From positions 1,824,001 through 1,888,000 of the forward strand of contig CBDCXV010000010.1 in NCBI GenBank assembly GCA_965223905.1: a DNA stretch of 64,000 bases, read 5' to 3'. Of this stretch, positions 20,563 to 29,843 are shown piece by piece. This DNA is from Candidatus Latescibacterota bacterium (GTDB lineage: Bacteria > Latescibacterota > UBA2968 > UBA8231). The stretch's first letter is position 1. The number at the start of each line of letters is the position of its first letter. A program made the translations under genes and the position numbers. The notes under the pieces were generated by a model, which saw nothing but the letters and a program-made list of their open reading frames with translations, was not told where the DNA came from and did not search any database.

Positions 20563-23237
20563 TTCCCCAGGCCGGCGTACATGGTGATGAAACCCTCGGT
20601 GGTGGTATCGGCCTCTTGTTCCTTGAAGTCTCTCCTGTCCACCTTCATGCCTATCTGGGTCGTCAGTACATAGCCCAGATAATGGCTGGCATTGGCCAAT
20701 TGCACAGCCACAGCCAAGCCGCGGAAGTCCTTTGCGTCCTCCCGGAAATCGTTGGCAAAGGTGTACTCGATCCCGGATTGCACCGTGGTGCGCTTAAGCA
20801 CTGGAAATCCCAGTAGAAGTCCGAGAATCTCCGTCAAAACGCGCTCTTTGTCGGTGGAGAGCAATCCTCGGGATTGCCAGCGCCACTCGCTCTTCCATCT
20901 CGGTTCCAGGGTGAAATTCCCGATTGGGTAGCGGTAGCTGACCTTGTTGATGAGGCCGAAGAAAAAGTCGTTGGCCCGCGCCAGGCCGAGAGCCTCCCTT
21001 GTTTCCCTATCCTTGCGCTGATGGTAGAAGTCGTACTTCAGATAGTCGGCAATATCCAGGCCCCCACGGTCGTAATCATGGCCGACCCAGAACGAATTGA
21101 TCCAGGTATCGCGGGCGAGCAGGGGATCCTCCACCCTCCTCGGCAGTCCGTCCTTCACTGTGACATCCGGAAACCACTGGAGCAGATCGTCGGGAATATC
21201 GTCTTCCGCCCGCTTGACCATCTCCATCAGGCGCAACCTGCCCAACGTCGGGGTTCTTTGATCCAAAGTGAATAGAGCATAAGAGGTGTGGTTCTTTTGA
21301 CCGGACGAGATCAGATCTTCGCGCAGATGTCCTAAAGTAACCCGGACATCGGGGGTCAGGTGGTAGCCAAAGTAGGCATTGAATCCGCGGTGATCATTCG
21401 CATAAGGGTAGTCTGGCTCTTCGTCGTTCTCGAACCGGTCGACCCATTGGTTGTTGTTCATATCGACGCCGAACAGTTGTTCGGGACGATCCACATTGTG
21501 CCTCAGAAAAGCCTCTTCGTAATCCGGAATATCGTTGGTGCGACGGAAGTTATCGTTCTGGTTGAAGTCGGGGACGAAGTCATTGTTCTCGTCCCACCCG
21601 GGAAATACCCTGCGGTCACCCTGGCGCCAGTCTGCCCGGATTGCATCGGGAAAGCGGTCCTGGTCGTCGTTGTCGTCGACCAGCTCTACAACGTGCTGGC
21701 GAGTGTCTTCATAATCGATGGATCCATCTGGGCGCGTGACAAAGGTCCGCGTACTGTAGAGCGGATCCATGCTGTAGGCTTCGCCGAAGAAGAACCAGGG
21801 GTGGGCGACCTTGGAGAGATTCATCATCCAGGCCGGTGCCGTCCGGCGCCCCGAGATGCCCGAGGAGGTCGAGTGCGACTTGCGCGTGATATTGGGATAC
21901 TGGCGGTAGGTCAGACTCAGATCGTACTCGCCGTAGAAATTGAAGCCGCGCACATTGTTAATCTCCACAGTACCGCCCACGATCTGAGTGGCGGTAGGCA
22001 GACCGTATTCGAACTCGAGCACCCTCAGATTGGTGTTGTCCTGCACATTGCCCTCGGCTTGCGCGACCAGCAGCAGCACCGGTTGACCCGATGCGTTGGT
22101 CTGGCGGTCGGAGCTCATCCAGACCTGGTAATCGTTGCCGATCGTCATGCTGAATTCCACTTTTTTGATCTCCTCCTTGGCCCCGCTGGAACGATTTACG
22201 AACGCAGGACTGTCGAAATCGAAGAGGATTTTGATCTCTTCCGTGCCATCGGCTGAAAGGAATCCCTCCTGCACGAAGCCCCCCTGGATGACCGGCTCGA
22301 AGCGGATGTCTCTTCCCTTGTCGGTCTTGCCATTTGTGTAGGTGATGAAGATGTCCAGGGCGTCCCGGAAGAAGGCGGCCCCGCCCTCCCCATCCTCCGG
22401 GGAATCGTCTCTGAGCACGATTTGGATAGAGGAGATCGTGGAGTTCTGGTCGATAGTAAGAGCTCCCGCTACGGGGTTGCCCTTGAACCCGCTGACCAGG
22501 GTGTTCGACTGGTGGGTGTTTACGAACTGCAATCCGACACTGGTGAAATCGCCAATCTGAGCCTTGACGCGGCCTCCGGACAGGGTGGTGAGATTGGTCC
22601 TGACCAATTCCTGGTCGAGCGTGTGGACACCTCCGGGACTGCTGACGCGCGAATAGACCAGAGTCCCTTCGTACTTGTCCATGGCAAAATCGAACTGGGT
22701 TCCATCCCAGAGCGGCTTCGCAAAGGTCATAGGCGTCAGGGTTGTGCGGAGTTGATTCGATACGGTCAGGGCGTAGTGGTACTGACCTTTCTGATCCGAA
22801 GCAATCGCCACTCCCGAGAACCAACCGTCAAATCGCTTTGCCTTGGTCAGCGAACTGCCAAACTGGCGCGGTTGGGTCTGGGAGTTGTCAAAAATCAGCC
22901 AACCTCGGGTGACGAAATTTCCAAACAGGTCGTAGAAATAGTCCCCTTCCAGGGAGGTATTGACGTAGCGCTGGTAGTGGTCCCTGGCATAATTGGTATA
23001 TTCCCATTGCCTCCACTTGTACTCGTTGTGGAGTTCCTGCGGGACGTACCATTTCTTCACCGCCGGATCCAAAGCACCGAACAAAACGCCCGGCCCGTAC
23101 GGAGCGAAACTAACTTTCCCGCCCCGTTGCGTGCCGAGGCGGGTCCCGTAGTCCTGGGCGGTGACCCGATCGACCACCCCTGCAACCAAGCACGCGATAG
23201 AAGCGACATGCAGGATATACCTGTTTATTGTTTTCAT
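20559..23237 (-). CDS. Large secreted protein, putative outer-membrane beta-barrel with Asp-rich Ca-binding-like loops
   Basis: RBS GGGAGG, signal peptide; alternating amphipathic strands with aromatic residues in the C-half; DDNDDQDRFPD, DENNDFVPD, DMNNN. The barrel call is inference. Confidence 0.65.
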   Translation of the reverse strand: MKTINRYILHVASIACLVAGVVDRVTAQDYGTRLGTQRGGKVSFAPYGPGVLFGALDPAVKKWYVPQELHNEYKWRQWEYTNYARDHYQRYVNTSLEGDYFYDLFGNFVTRGWLIFDNSQTQPRQFGSSLTKAKRFDGWFSGVAIASDQKGQYHYALTVSNQLRTTLTPMTFAKPLWDGTQFDFAMDKYEGTLVYSRVSSPGGVHTLDQELVRTNLTTLSGGRVKAQIGDFTSVGLQFVNTHQSNTLVSGFKGNPVAGALTIDQNSTISSIQIVLRDDSPEDGEGGAAFFRDALDIFITYTNGKTDKGRDIRFEPVIQGGFVQEGFLSADGTEEIKILFDFDSPAFVNRSSGAKEEIKKVEFSMTIGNDYQVWMSSDRQTNASGQPVLLLVAQAEGNVQDNTNLRVLEFEYGLPTATQIVGGTVEINNVRGFNFYGEYDLSLTYRQYPNITRKSHSTSSGISGRRTAPAWMMNLSKVAHPWFFFGEAYSMDPLYSTRTFVTRPDGSIDYEDTRQHVVELVDDNDDQDRFPDAIRADWRQGDRRVFPGWDENNDFVPDFNQNDNFRRTNDIPDYEEAFLRHNVDRPEQLFGVDMNNNQWVDRFENDEEPDYPYANDHRGFNAYFGYHLTPDVRVTLGHLREDLISSGQKNHTSYALFTLDQRTPTLGRLRLMEMVKRAEDDIPDDLLQWFPDVTVKDGLPRRVEDPLLARDTWINSFWVGHDYDRGGLDIADYLKYDFYHQRKDRETREALGLARANDFFFGLINKVSYRYPIGNFTLEPRWKSEWRWQSRGLLSTDKERVLTEILGLLLGFPVLKRTTVQSGIEYTFANDFREDAKDFRGLAVAVQLANASHYLGYVLTTQIGMKVDRRDFKEQEADTTTEGFITMYAGLGN

Positions 23238-23308
23238 GATCCCTCCCTGCTGCACGAAGGTCCTTCCGCCCTTTTGACTAGAGCGGCTGAAATGCCGCGG
23301 TCTATACC

Positions 23309-26300
23309 TTAATAGGCGACGGCCACGATTCGGGACAAGGTCATATTGGCTGAATCATCTGCATCTACATCCAGGTGGAGCTGGCAGATATAGAGTCCGG
23401 GCGGGACCTTGAGCCCGGCATGGTCGACCCCCGACCAGCGCAACGCGTGCGCCCCCCCCCGCGCCAGCTCAGATCCTTCCCACACCCGTCGACCGTCCAG
23501 CCTGTAGATCCGCAAGCGCACCTGCCGGTCCGCTGTCACCTGGAACACGGAGAACGACACGGTCAGTTCATCGTTGATGCCGTCGCCATTGGGGGTGAAG
23601 GGATTGGGCGTCAGCACCACGTCGTCGAGCACCTTGCCGCCCACGGGCACGCTGAGGGACAGGCCCCGGCCCTCGGTCAAGGCGGTGGCATCGCCGCCGT
23701 CTACCTGCTGCCACACAGGTTCGCCCGCCGGCGAGAGCTGGTCGGACTTGCGCACCAGCGCCTGCAGGGTCGTATTGAGAAAGACCGTCGCTGCCACCCG
23801 CACCTGCAGCAGGCGACCCCCGCCCCGGGTCGTGCCCCGCTCCGAGCGCGGCAGCCGGTCGTAGGCCTCCTTAGTCAGGGTGTCGCCGGGCACCGTGTTA
23901 GTCGGGGAGTCGGCCTGCATCGCGAAGGGGAACTCGGCTCCCGCGCCCGACAGCTTGCGAAAATAGCGGATGGGCCCTTGCTCCCCGGCAGGCAGTTCGT
24001 CGTAGGCAAAGTCGGCAACCTTCTCCAGTCGCACCTGGCCAGAATCGTCGGTGATCCGTTGGAAAAAGAGGATCTGGCCCCGCTCGTCCTCGGGCAAGAG
24101 CCCATAGGCCGCTTCGGACATAACCTCGCCGTCGTGGCCGACCACGACCTGGTCGCCCTCACCGGTGATGCGGTGGTAGCGTTTGGGCACCAGTTCGGCC
24201 GGAGCGCTCTGCATCAGAGCCGGCATGCGAAACCCCACTGCGCCACCGCCGCGTTCCAGCAACTCCAGGGTGTCGCCGGCCGCGCTGGCAAAGATCTCGC
24301 CCGTGGGTTCAAAGACCTGATAGGGCTGCTGCTGCAAGAACTCGGCTTCAGTGCCGGAGCGCACCCCTACCAGGCGCAGATCCAACTCGGCCGGTCCCTG
24401 CAGGCGAACCTCGTCGAAGCCGGGCGTCCGAAGGCCAGAGGGGGCGTCGACAAAGGTCGAATTAAGGTAGATATCAAAGGTGTCCCGCAGCCCGGCAGTG
24501 GCTTGCTGCGGCCATATCTCGCCAGTGAGGCTGCGGGCGACAGGATCGAACATTTCCACCTCGATCGAGCTCAACGTTGCCGCTTTCTGGCGGTCGTGAG
24601 TGATCAATCTGGCCTCGATCTGCATGAACTGCCGCAGGCTGGGCGAGGTTACGTGATCGCCCGGCTGCAGGTTTGGGCGACTCCACGCGCTCCAGCCACT
24701 ACCCACGGCAAAGGAGGTATCGATGGGGCCGCGAAACTTGGGAGGCAGCTCATCCCACTCTTCAAAGGTCTTTTTATCGATGCCCGTCGAGGTGAGGTAG
24801 CGGATGTTTTCCACCAGCAGATCGCCGGTGCGGGTGCGGATTTCCACTTCGGTGCCGGGGGGTTGCTGCTCGGGACCTGGACTCCAGCGTATGGTGCCCA
24901 GGTTGCGCGGCCCGGGAAGGCGGATGAATCCCGAGGTTATGCTCGCCTCGGCCACATAACCCGCCGAATACATCAGGAGCTCCCCCAGCTCGAATGAGTA
25001 GCCGCCGGCCCGGTAGTTGGTCGTTGTATTTCTCATCTCCAGGTAGCGCAGCTTGACCGGCGGGTCGTAGATGTCCGAGATGAAGACGAACTGGTTGATC
25101 AAGTTGTCCTCCCGCTCCCGGGGGCTGACCCTGCGCCACTTGAGCGCTCCCGTGGCATCCCGGGACCCGTCCGAGCCCCGCACGATATACCCTTCTATGA
25201 ACGTCCCGTCTTTTCTTGAGATACCCATGGCAGATGCGACGCGGATGTTGTCCAGCCACATCAGCGCCCCCAGATCAACGGTCATCACCGCCCGATCACT
25301 GACGTAGGGAGACCAGACCAGGAACCTGAAGGAGCTGCCAAAGTCGGCGTCGAAGCCGGACCCGGCCTTGTAGGGACCGGTCATGTCCACCGCGCCCCCC
25401 GGGCCCAGCACCCCCGGCGAAAGATTGTCGCCCCAACCCCACACTTCCACCTCGCTAAGCCGGGGCCGCTCGCGAACATAATACTCCTGCCTGCCCTGAC
25501 GCTGTGGACCCAGACTCTCGTATATCTCCTGTGCCACCGGCTCCTCGAATCCGGCCTCGTCCCGGATGTAGTAGACGATCTCGCCCCGCTCCCCCGCGGG
25601 CAGCGCCTCCCACGCCGCCGGCGTCACCTGACGCCCCCGGAATCGCTTGCTGTCCGTCACCAACACCCGAATCGTCTCCACCAGCCGCCCCGTCCAGGAA
25701 GGGTCCGTTCCCGGCTGGACAAACCGGGGCTCGCCCTGTGCCGTCAACTCGAAAACCCGCTGCTCGGTGTTCGGCGCAATCGTCCCGCCCACCACACTGA
25801 AGTTCCCCCACTGGTATTCGTTGGTCGAGCCAAACTCGCTCTCCTCCGTCAGCAGCACCCGCTGTTCCGGCGAAGCCAGCACCCGAAACTGGCGAAAGGG
25901 ATCCCCCTCGGCCTCGTCGACAAAGTGCAGCACCACCTTTTCGACCACTACCACCCGACCCAGGTCGATCTCCACCCACCAGTTGTCAGAAGTGTCCGCC
26001 AGGTCCGGTTCCCAATACGTCGACGGATCCCCATCGAGAATGTAGGCCGCAGAATCCACATTCGAACCCGCCCGGCTGATCCCCGGACGAACGAAATAGG
26101 CGTACTCGGGAAACTGCTCCTTGGATTTGGTCTCAAACGTCTGCCGCGAGCGAACACCGGTGCGCTCGTTGCGCAAAGCAAGTGCTACCTCCTTGTCGCC
26201 ATTCATCGTCGTGTCGGTGATGGTGAACAAATCCCCGGCCAGGACGATGCGGGTGACATCGCTCGGAATGCGGCCGAAATCCTGGTCCAGGTACTTGCCG

Positions 26301-26671
26301 ATCTTCTCCTCCGCCAGCTTGAGTTTCCCCTCCCGGTCAATAACCGGCGTGCGATCCACCGTCCGGATGGTCCGGTCTACCCCGCGGATCCTGGGCGCGT
26401 CGATGGGGCGCCGGAAACTGGCCTGGTCCTCGGCCAGGATGTTGTAGACGTGCCGGAAAAAGTGGGGCCGGACCTGCCCATCGACGAGGTCCAGGACGTG
26501 TTCGGGCCGGCTCCACTGGGCCCAGTGCTCCTGGGTCTCGACGATAATCTGGGTGTCGGTGACGTCGGCCGACTGGGCTCGCGAGTGGGAAATGCCGATC
26601 CCCACGATTGCCACCCACGCCAGTCCGATCCAATGCCACCTCATCCCAGGAATGACCTCCGTCTGGTGCAT
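23309..26671 (-). CDS. Large secreted FlgD-Ig CTD protein with two discoidin-like modules (paralogue C)
   Basis: AAGGAG RBS, ATG 26671; LDGDPSTYW...WVEIDLG, second VDLG module, TRTG, WSAWS, GEIWP, PNPFTPNGDGIND; ends VAY*. Confidence 0.85.
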   Translation of the reverse strand: MHQTEVIPGMRWHWIGLAWVAIVGIGISHSRAQSADVTDTQIIVETQEHWAQWSRPEHVLDLVDGQVRPHFFRHVYNILAEDQASFRRPIDAPRIRGVDRTIRTVDRTPVIDREGKLKLAEEKIGKYLDQDFGRIPSDVTRIVLAGDLFTITDTTMNGDKEVALALRNERTGVRSRQTFETKSKEQFPEYAYFVRPGISRAGSNVDSAAYILDGDPSTYWEPDLADTSDNWWVEIDLGRVVVVEKVVLHFVDEAEGDPFRQFRVLASPEQRVLLTEESEFGSTNEYQWGNFSVVGGTIAPNTEQRVFELTAQGEPRFVQPGTDPSWTGRLVETIRVLVTDSKRFRGRQVTPAAWEALPAGERGEIVYYIRDEAGFEEPVAQEIYESLGPQRQGRQEYYVRERPRLSEVEVWGWGDNLSPGVLGPGGAVDMTGPYKAGSGFDADFGSSFRFLVWSPYVSDRAVMTVDLGALMWLDNIRVASAMGISRKDGTFIEGYIVRGSDGSRDATGALKWRRVSPREREDNLINQFVFISDIYDPPVKLRYLEMRNTTTNYRAGGYSFELGELLMYSAGYVAEASITSGFIRLPGPRNLGTIRWSPGPEQQPPGTEVEIRTRTGDLLVENIRYLTSTGIDKKTFEEWDELPPKFRGPIDTSFAVGSGWSAWSRPNLQPGDHVTSPSLRQFMQIEARLITHDRQKAATLSSIEVEMFDPVARSLTGEIWPQQATAGLRDTFDIYLNSTFVDAPSGLRTPGFDEVRLQGPAELDLRLVGVRSGTEAEFLQQQPYQVFEPTGEIFASAAGDTLELLERGGGAVGFRMPALMQSAPAELVPKRYHRITGEGDQVVVGHDGEVMSEAAYGLLPEDERGQILFFQRITDDSGQVRLEKVADFAYDELPAGEQGPIRYFRKLSGAGAEFPFAMQADSPTNTVPGDTLTKEAYDRLPRSERGTTRGGGRLLQVRVAATVFLNTTLQALVRKSDQLSPAGEPVWQQVDGGDATALTEGRGLSLSVPVGGKVLDDVVLTPNPFTPNGDGINDELTVSFSVFQVTADRQVRLRIYRLDGRRVWEGSELARGGAHALRWSGVDHAGLKVPPGLYICQLHLDVDADDSANMTLSRIVAVAY

Positions 26672-27007
26672 GGAAAATCTCCTTGATCGGGATCGAATTC
26701 CCGTAATGTGAGCCGGAGAATCTTGATCGCTACGGCAGTGGCTAATCCAGTCGTTAATATAACCTATTTGACTGCCGTTTCCGACGAGACAAAGGAGGCG
26801 GGAACCAAGCGGTTCATGAATGTTAACGACCATTCACATGGCACGCCGCGCTCGTAACGACATGGTGCTGTACTCAGCCAGCAGCGCTGAGCGGCTATCA
26901 AACCCAAGATGGCGCAATTCAACGAAATGGCATTTTATTTGGGCTATATCCGGGTTTTTCGAAGGGCCATTTTTAGCGTTTACAGAGGGAAATATTGCCC
27001 TATTCAT

Positions 27008-27052
27008 ACTGTACGGAATCCGACTGTACGGAATCCGACTGTACGGAATCCG
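27008..27052. repeat. 3 x 15-bp tandem repeat ACTGTACGGAATCCG
   Basis: Seen directly; the corresponding sequence is single-copy in the other ISL3. Confidence 0.95.
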
Positions 27053-27546
27053 ACCGGAATCTGCGCAGGGATATCGAGGTCTCCGACGCACAGGTAGATC
27101 AGGTCGGAAAAAGCCTCCAGCGTCTTGAATCCACTGGCGCGGTTCTTGACCATGCGGATGATGCGGTTGAGGCCTTTGGCGACGGCGTTGGTCAGGTGCG
27201 TGTCGACGAAAGCGGTGATGCCGGCCGCATGCTTGCGCACGGTGTTGACGAACGTGCGCAAGGGCTGCAGGCGGCTGCGCTGGGCGTCCGTGGTCCACTC
27301 CTTGAGGAAGCATGCGGCCGCCCAGCGCGCCTTGTAGCGCCAGAAGTGCTCGAACTCGTCCTTCAGCCGCCAGGCGCGGTAGATACGCCGGTTGGCCTTC
27401 TCCAGGGTTTTGAGCGTGCGCCGGTCCTTTCGCGAGCGATGGGCCGAAGGGCGCAACAGCACCCAGCGCAGGCCCTTGAGCAGCTTGCGGTCCTCGCCGC
27501 AGGCCGCCGATGAAGGTCGCGCTCAGGTCGCAGCAGGCCCAGCGGA

Positions 27547-27570
27547 CCTGCCTGTGCCGCGGCAGACAGG
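27547..27570 (-). repeat. 24-bp hairpin mini-insertion CCTGCCTGTGCCGCGGCAGACAGG
   Basis: Absent from ISL3 copy 2 (GCGGA|TGCG at 52830/52831); no TSD. Confidence 0.85.
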
Positions 27571-28148
27571 TGCGCGCCTTCTGGAAGGCGCTGAGCCGGT
27601 CCCGAAAGAAGGCGTCGATGGTCTCCCTCGCCTTGCCCTTGCCGACCCAGACGACGCAGGAACGCTCCAGGTCGTAGACCAGGGTGGCGTATTTATGGCC
27701 CTTGGCGTAGGAGACCTCGTCGATGCCCACCGTCTTCAGCCCGCGGATGCGGTGCCCCGTACGCCGACGCGCGATGAGGCGGTGCAGGAGGTCGGACAGG
27801 GTCGAGGGAGCCAAGCCCAGCAGGCGCGCGGCGGTGACCTGCGGCATCCACTGGCAGTACTTCAGCAGCAAGTATTCGAAACGATAGCTGACCTGGGCCG
27901 ACGGAGCCGCCCAGGGAACCTCCTCGACGCGACGGCCATGGGTCGGACAGCGCATCTCTCGAGGGGCGTGATGCAGCCAGAGGGTACGGCCGCAGACGCG
28001 GACATCGCGCCAGCGACGGGGCTCCATGACCTGAACGATCTTGCCCCGGCGTCAGCACTTGGGACACCGGCACCCGTTCTTGTGGGGCTTCACCGCAACC
28101 ACGACGGCTGCTTCCTGCCCGCGTCCTTCGAACCACACGTCGACAGCG

Positions 28149-28178
28149 CCTGTCTGCGTGCGTTCACGCACAGGCAGG
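28149..28178 (+). repeat. 30-bp hairpin mini-insertion CCTGTCTGCGTGCGTTCACGCACAGGCAGG
   Basis: Absent from ISL3 copy 2 (GCG|CGAAATCCC near 53408); same scaffold as the 27547 insert, opposite orientation. Confidence 0.85.
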
Positions 28179-28346
28179 CGAAATCCCTTGAATTTGAACA
28201 GCTTCGAGACGAACTTCATAGCGGTCATAGGTCGCTTTCCCTTCCCTTTCTTGGGGAGTGCTTAGTGGGGATACACCAAGCATAGGGAACGACCTATGGC
28301 CTTGTCATGTACTCAGGTTTCGGCGTTGAAAAACCCGGATAGACCC

Positions 28347-29213
28347 ATGAAACAGATGCGCACCTTGTTGGCCACTGCTTTGGTCAGTAGGCTTTTTCCA
28401 GGTGTGATAGAGGCGCGGGCGGAAATAACGGTGGAACTGCCCGGGGAGGCCACCATGGAGTTCGTGTGGATCGAGCCGGGTACCTTCCTCATGGGTTCCC
28501 CTCTCGAGGCTCCCGAATACCGGTATGCATCGGAACGACCGCAGCACCAGGTGGCGATCACCCGGGGGTTCTATCTGGGCAAGTACGAGATCACCCAGGA
28601 GCAGTGGAAGGCGGTCATGGGTCGCAATCCCAGCTACCGCCCGGGCCCCAATCGGCCGGTCGAGCTGATTACCTGGGAGTCGGTGCAGACCTTCGTCCAT
28701 CGGCTCAACCAGGCTGCGGGCCATTCGCTCTATCGGTTGCCTGCGGAGGCGGAATGGGAGTACGCGGCGCGGGCGGCGACGACGACCCGGTGGTCCTTTG
28801 GCGACGACGAGAGCTTGCTGGGAGACTATGCCTGGTACCTGAGCAACAACGACCCCGAGGGACCCAAGGAGGTGGGCCTCAAGCAGCCCAATCCCTGGGG
28901 TTTGTACGACATGCACGGCAATGTGTGGGAGTGGGTGCAGGACTGGCACGGGGAGTACACCCACGCCAGCCAGGTAGATCCTGCAGGTCCGGTCTCGGGC
29001 ACCCACCGCATCGTCCGCGGCGGTATTTTCAATGGCCACGGCCGGCACGTGCGCTCCGCCTTCCGCGGTTTGTTAGAGCCTCCTGAGGGCCGCACCGGTA
29101 TCGGCGCGCGGCTGCTGCTGGAAGCGCAGGAAACGCACTCCCTGCGGACAGGATCAGAAGCGACTCCTGTATCTCCTGAAAGCTGGGGACGGGTCAAAGC
29201 TGGCAAGCGCTGA
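28347..29213 (+). CDS. FGE-sulfatase (SUMF1/CLec-fold) domain secreted protein with C-terminal TPVSPESWGRVK tag
   Basis: FVWIEPGTFLMGS, ERPQHQV, YRLPAEAEWEYAAR, PNPWGLYDMHGNVWEW, RGG. Confidence 0.9.
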   Translation: MKQMRTLLATALVSRLFPGVIEARAEITVELPGEATMEFVWIEPGTFLMGSPLEAPEYRYASERPQHQVAITRGFYLGKYEITQEQWKAVMGRNPSYRPGPNRPVELITWESVQTFVHRLNQAAGHSLYRLPAEAEWEYAARAATTTRWSFGDDESLLGDYAWYLSNNDPEGPKEVGLKQPNPWGLYDMHGNVWEWVQDWHGEYTHASQVDPAGPVSGTHRIVRGGIFNGHGRHVRSAFRGLLEPPEGRTGIGARLLLEAQETHSLRTGSEATPVSPESWGRVKAGKR

Positions 29214-29254
29214 GCTATCGCCCCGGCGCCGCACTATGCGTCGAGCTGCGGGCC

Positions 29255-29582
29255 GCTCATTGAGTGGATACATGCTGGAGAGATTCCCTCCCATGAATCA
29301 ATGCGCGCTGGTCACCGGTCAGGAAACCGCACCGGGTCTGGAGCAGGATCGTGGACTGCTTGTAGGTGACGGTCCTCTCACAGGCCGGCATATCCGAGCC
29401 CCATACCAGACTCTCCGCGCCGACCTCGTCGACAAGCTCGCGGACGACCTTGGCAAGTCCAGGCTCGATGCAGCATCAGCTCCACGTGCCAGTTCGGCGC
29501 CTTGAGCAGCGCTAACAGCTCCTCCGGGACCGAGAACCGGTCCGCCCCTACCCTTGTCGTAGTGGATATTGTTCAGCCCGTG
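29255..29582 (-). pseudogene. Amidohydrolase C-terminal remnant
   Basis: Minus-strand frames give FSVPEELLALLKAPNWHVELM and VGAESLVWGSDMP...YKQ...IHGGNL, similar to the 54498 amidohydrolase. Confidence 0.55.
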
Positions 29583-29840
29583 CGTCTTCAGCCGCTCGTC
29601 GCCGGCAAACCGCAGTTCGGCCCGGTCGTCTTCGCCGTCGACGGGGCACCACATTCCAGCGTGAAGCGGGCCGTCTGGCGCGCGGCGACGGCGGCGCGAA
29701 AGTCGAGCAACAGCCAATTCACGGAGTCGTCCGGCCAGCTCGGGGACGCGGAGCGAAACGGGAGTGTCAGCCGCGGACACACCGGGCAAGAGACACCAGG
29801 CCATCAGCGCCAGAAAGACCTGGCATGTGGCATTTGGCAT
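29583..29840 (-). pseudogene. N-terminal fragment of a paralogue of the 55857 PcRGLX-like protein, internally deleted
   Basis: GVSAADTPVSLRVPELAG and WPDDSVNWLLLDFRA..AARQTARFTLECG nearly match the 55857 protein; deletion between GCTGGCCGG repeats. Confidence 0.8.
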
Positions 29841-29843
29841 TCG

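Larger units (their letters stand above)
26942..28346 (-). mobile_element. ISL3-family IS, degenerate copy 1
   Basis: Ends GGCTATATCCGGGTTTTTC and GAAAAACCCGGATAGACCC; aligns with the intact copy at 52149-53612; transposase has a TGA, a ~107-bp deletion and insertions; no TSD. Confidence 0.9.

Noticed and set aside
27008-27052. CRISPR array
   Set aside because: Contiguous 15-bp units with no spacers and no cas genes
28347-29213. FGE/CLec-fold gene as a diversity-generating retroelement target
   Set aside because: No template repeat of its 3' region and no reverse transcriptase seen in the window
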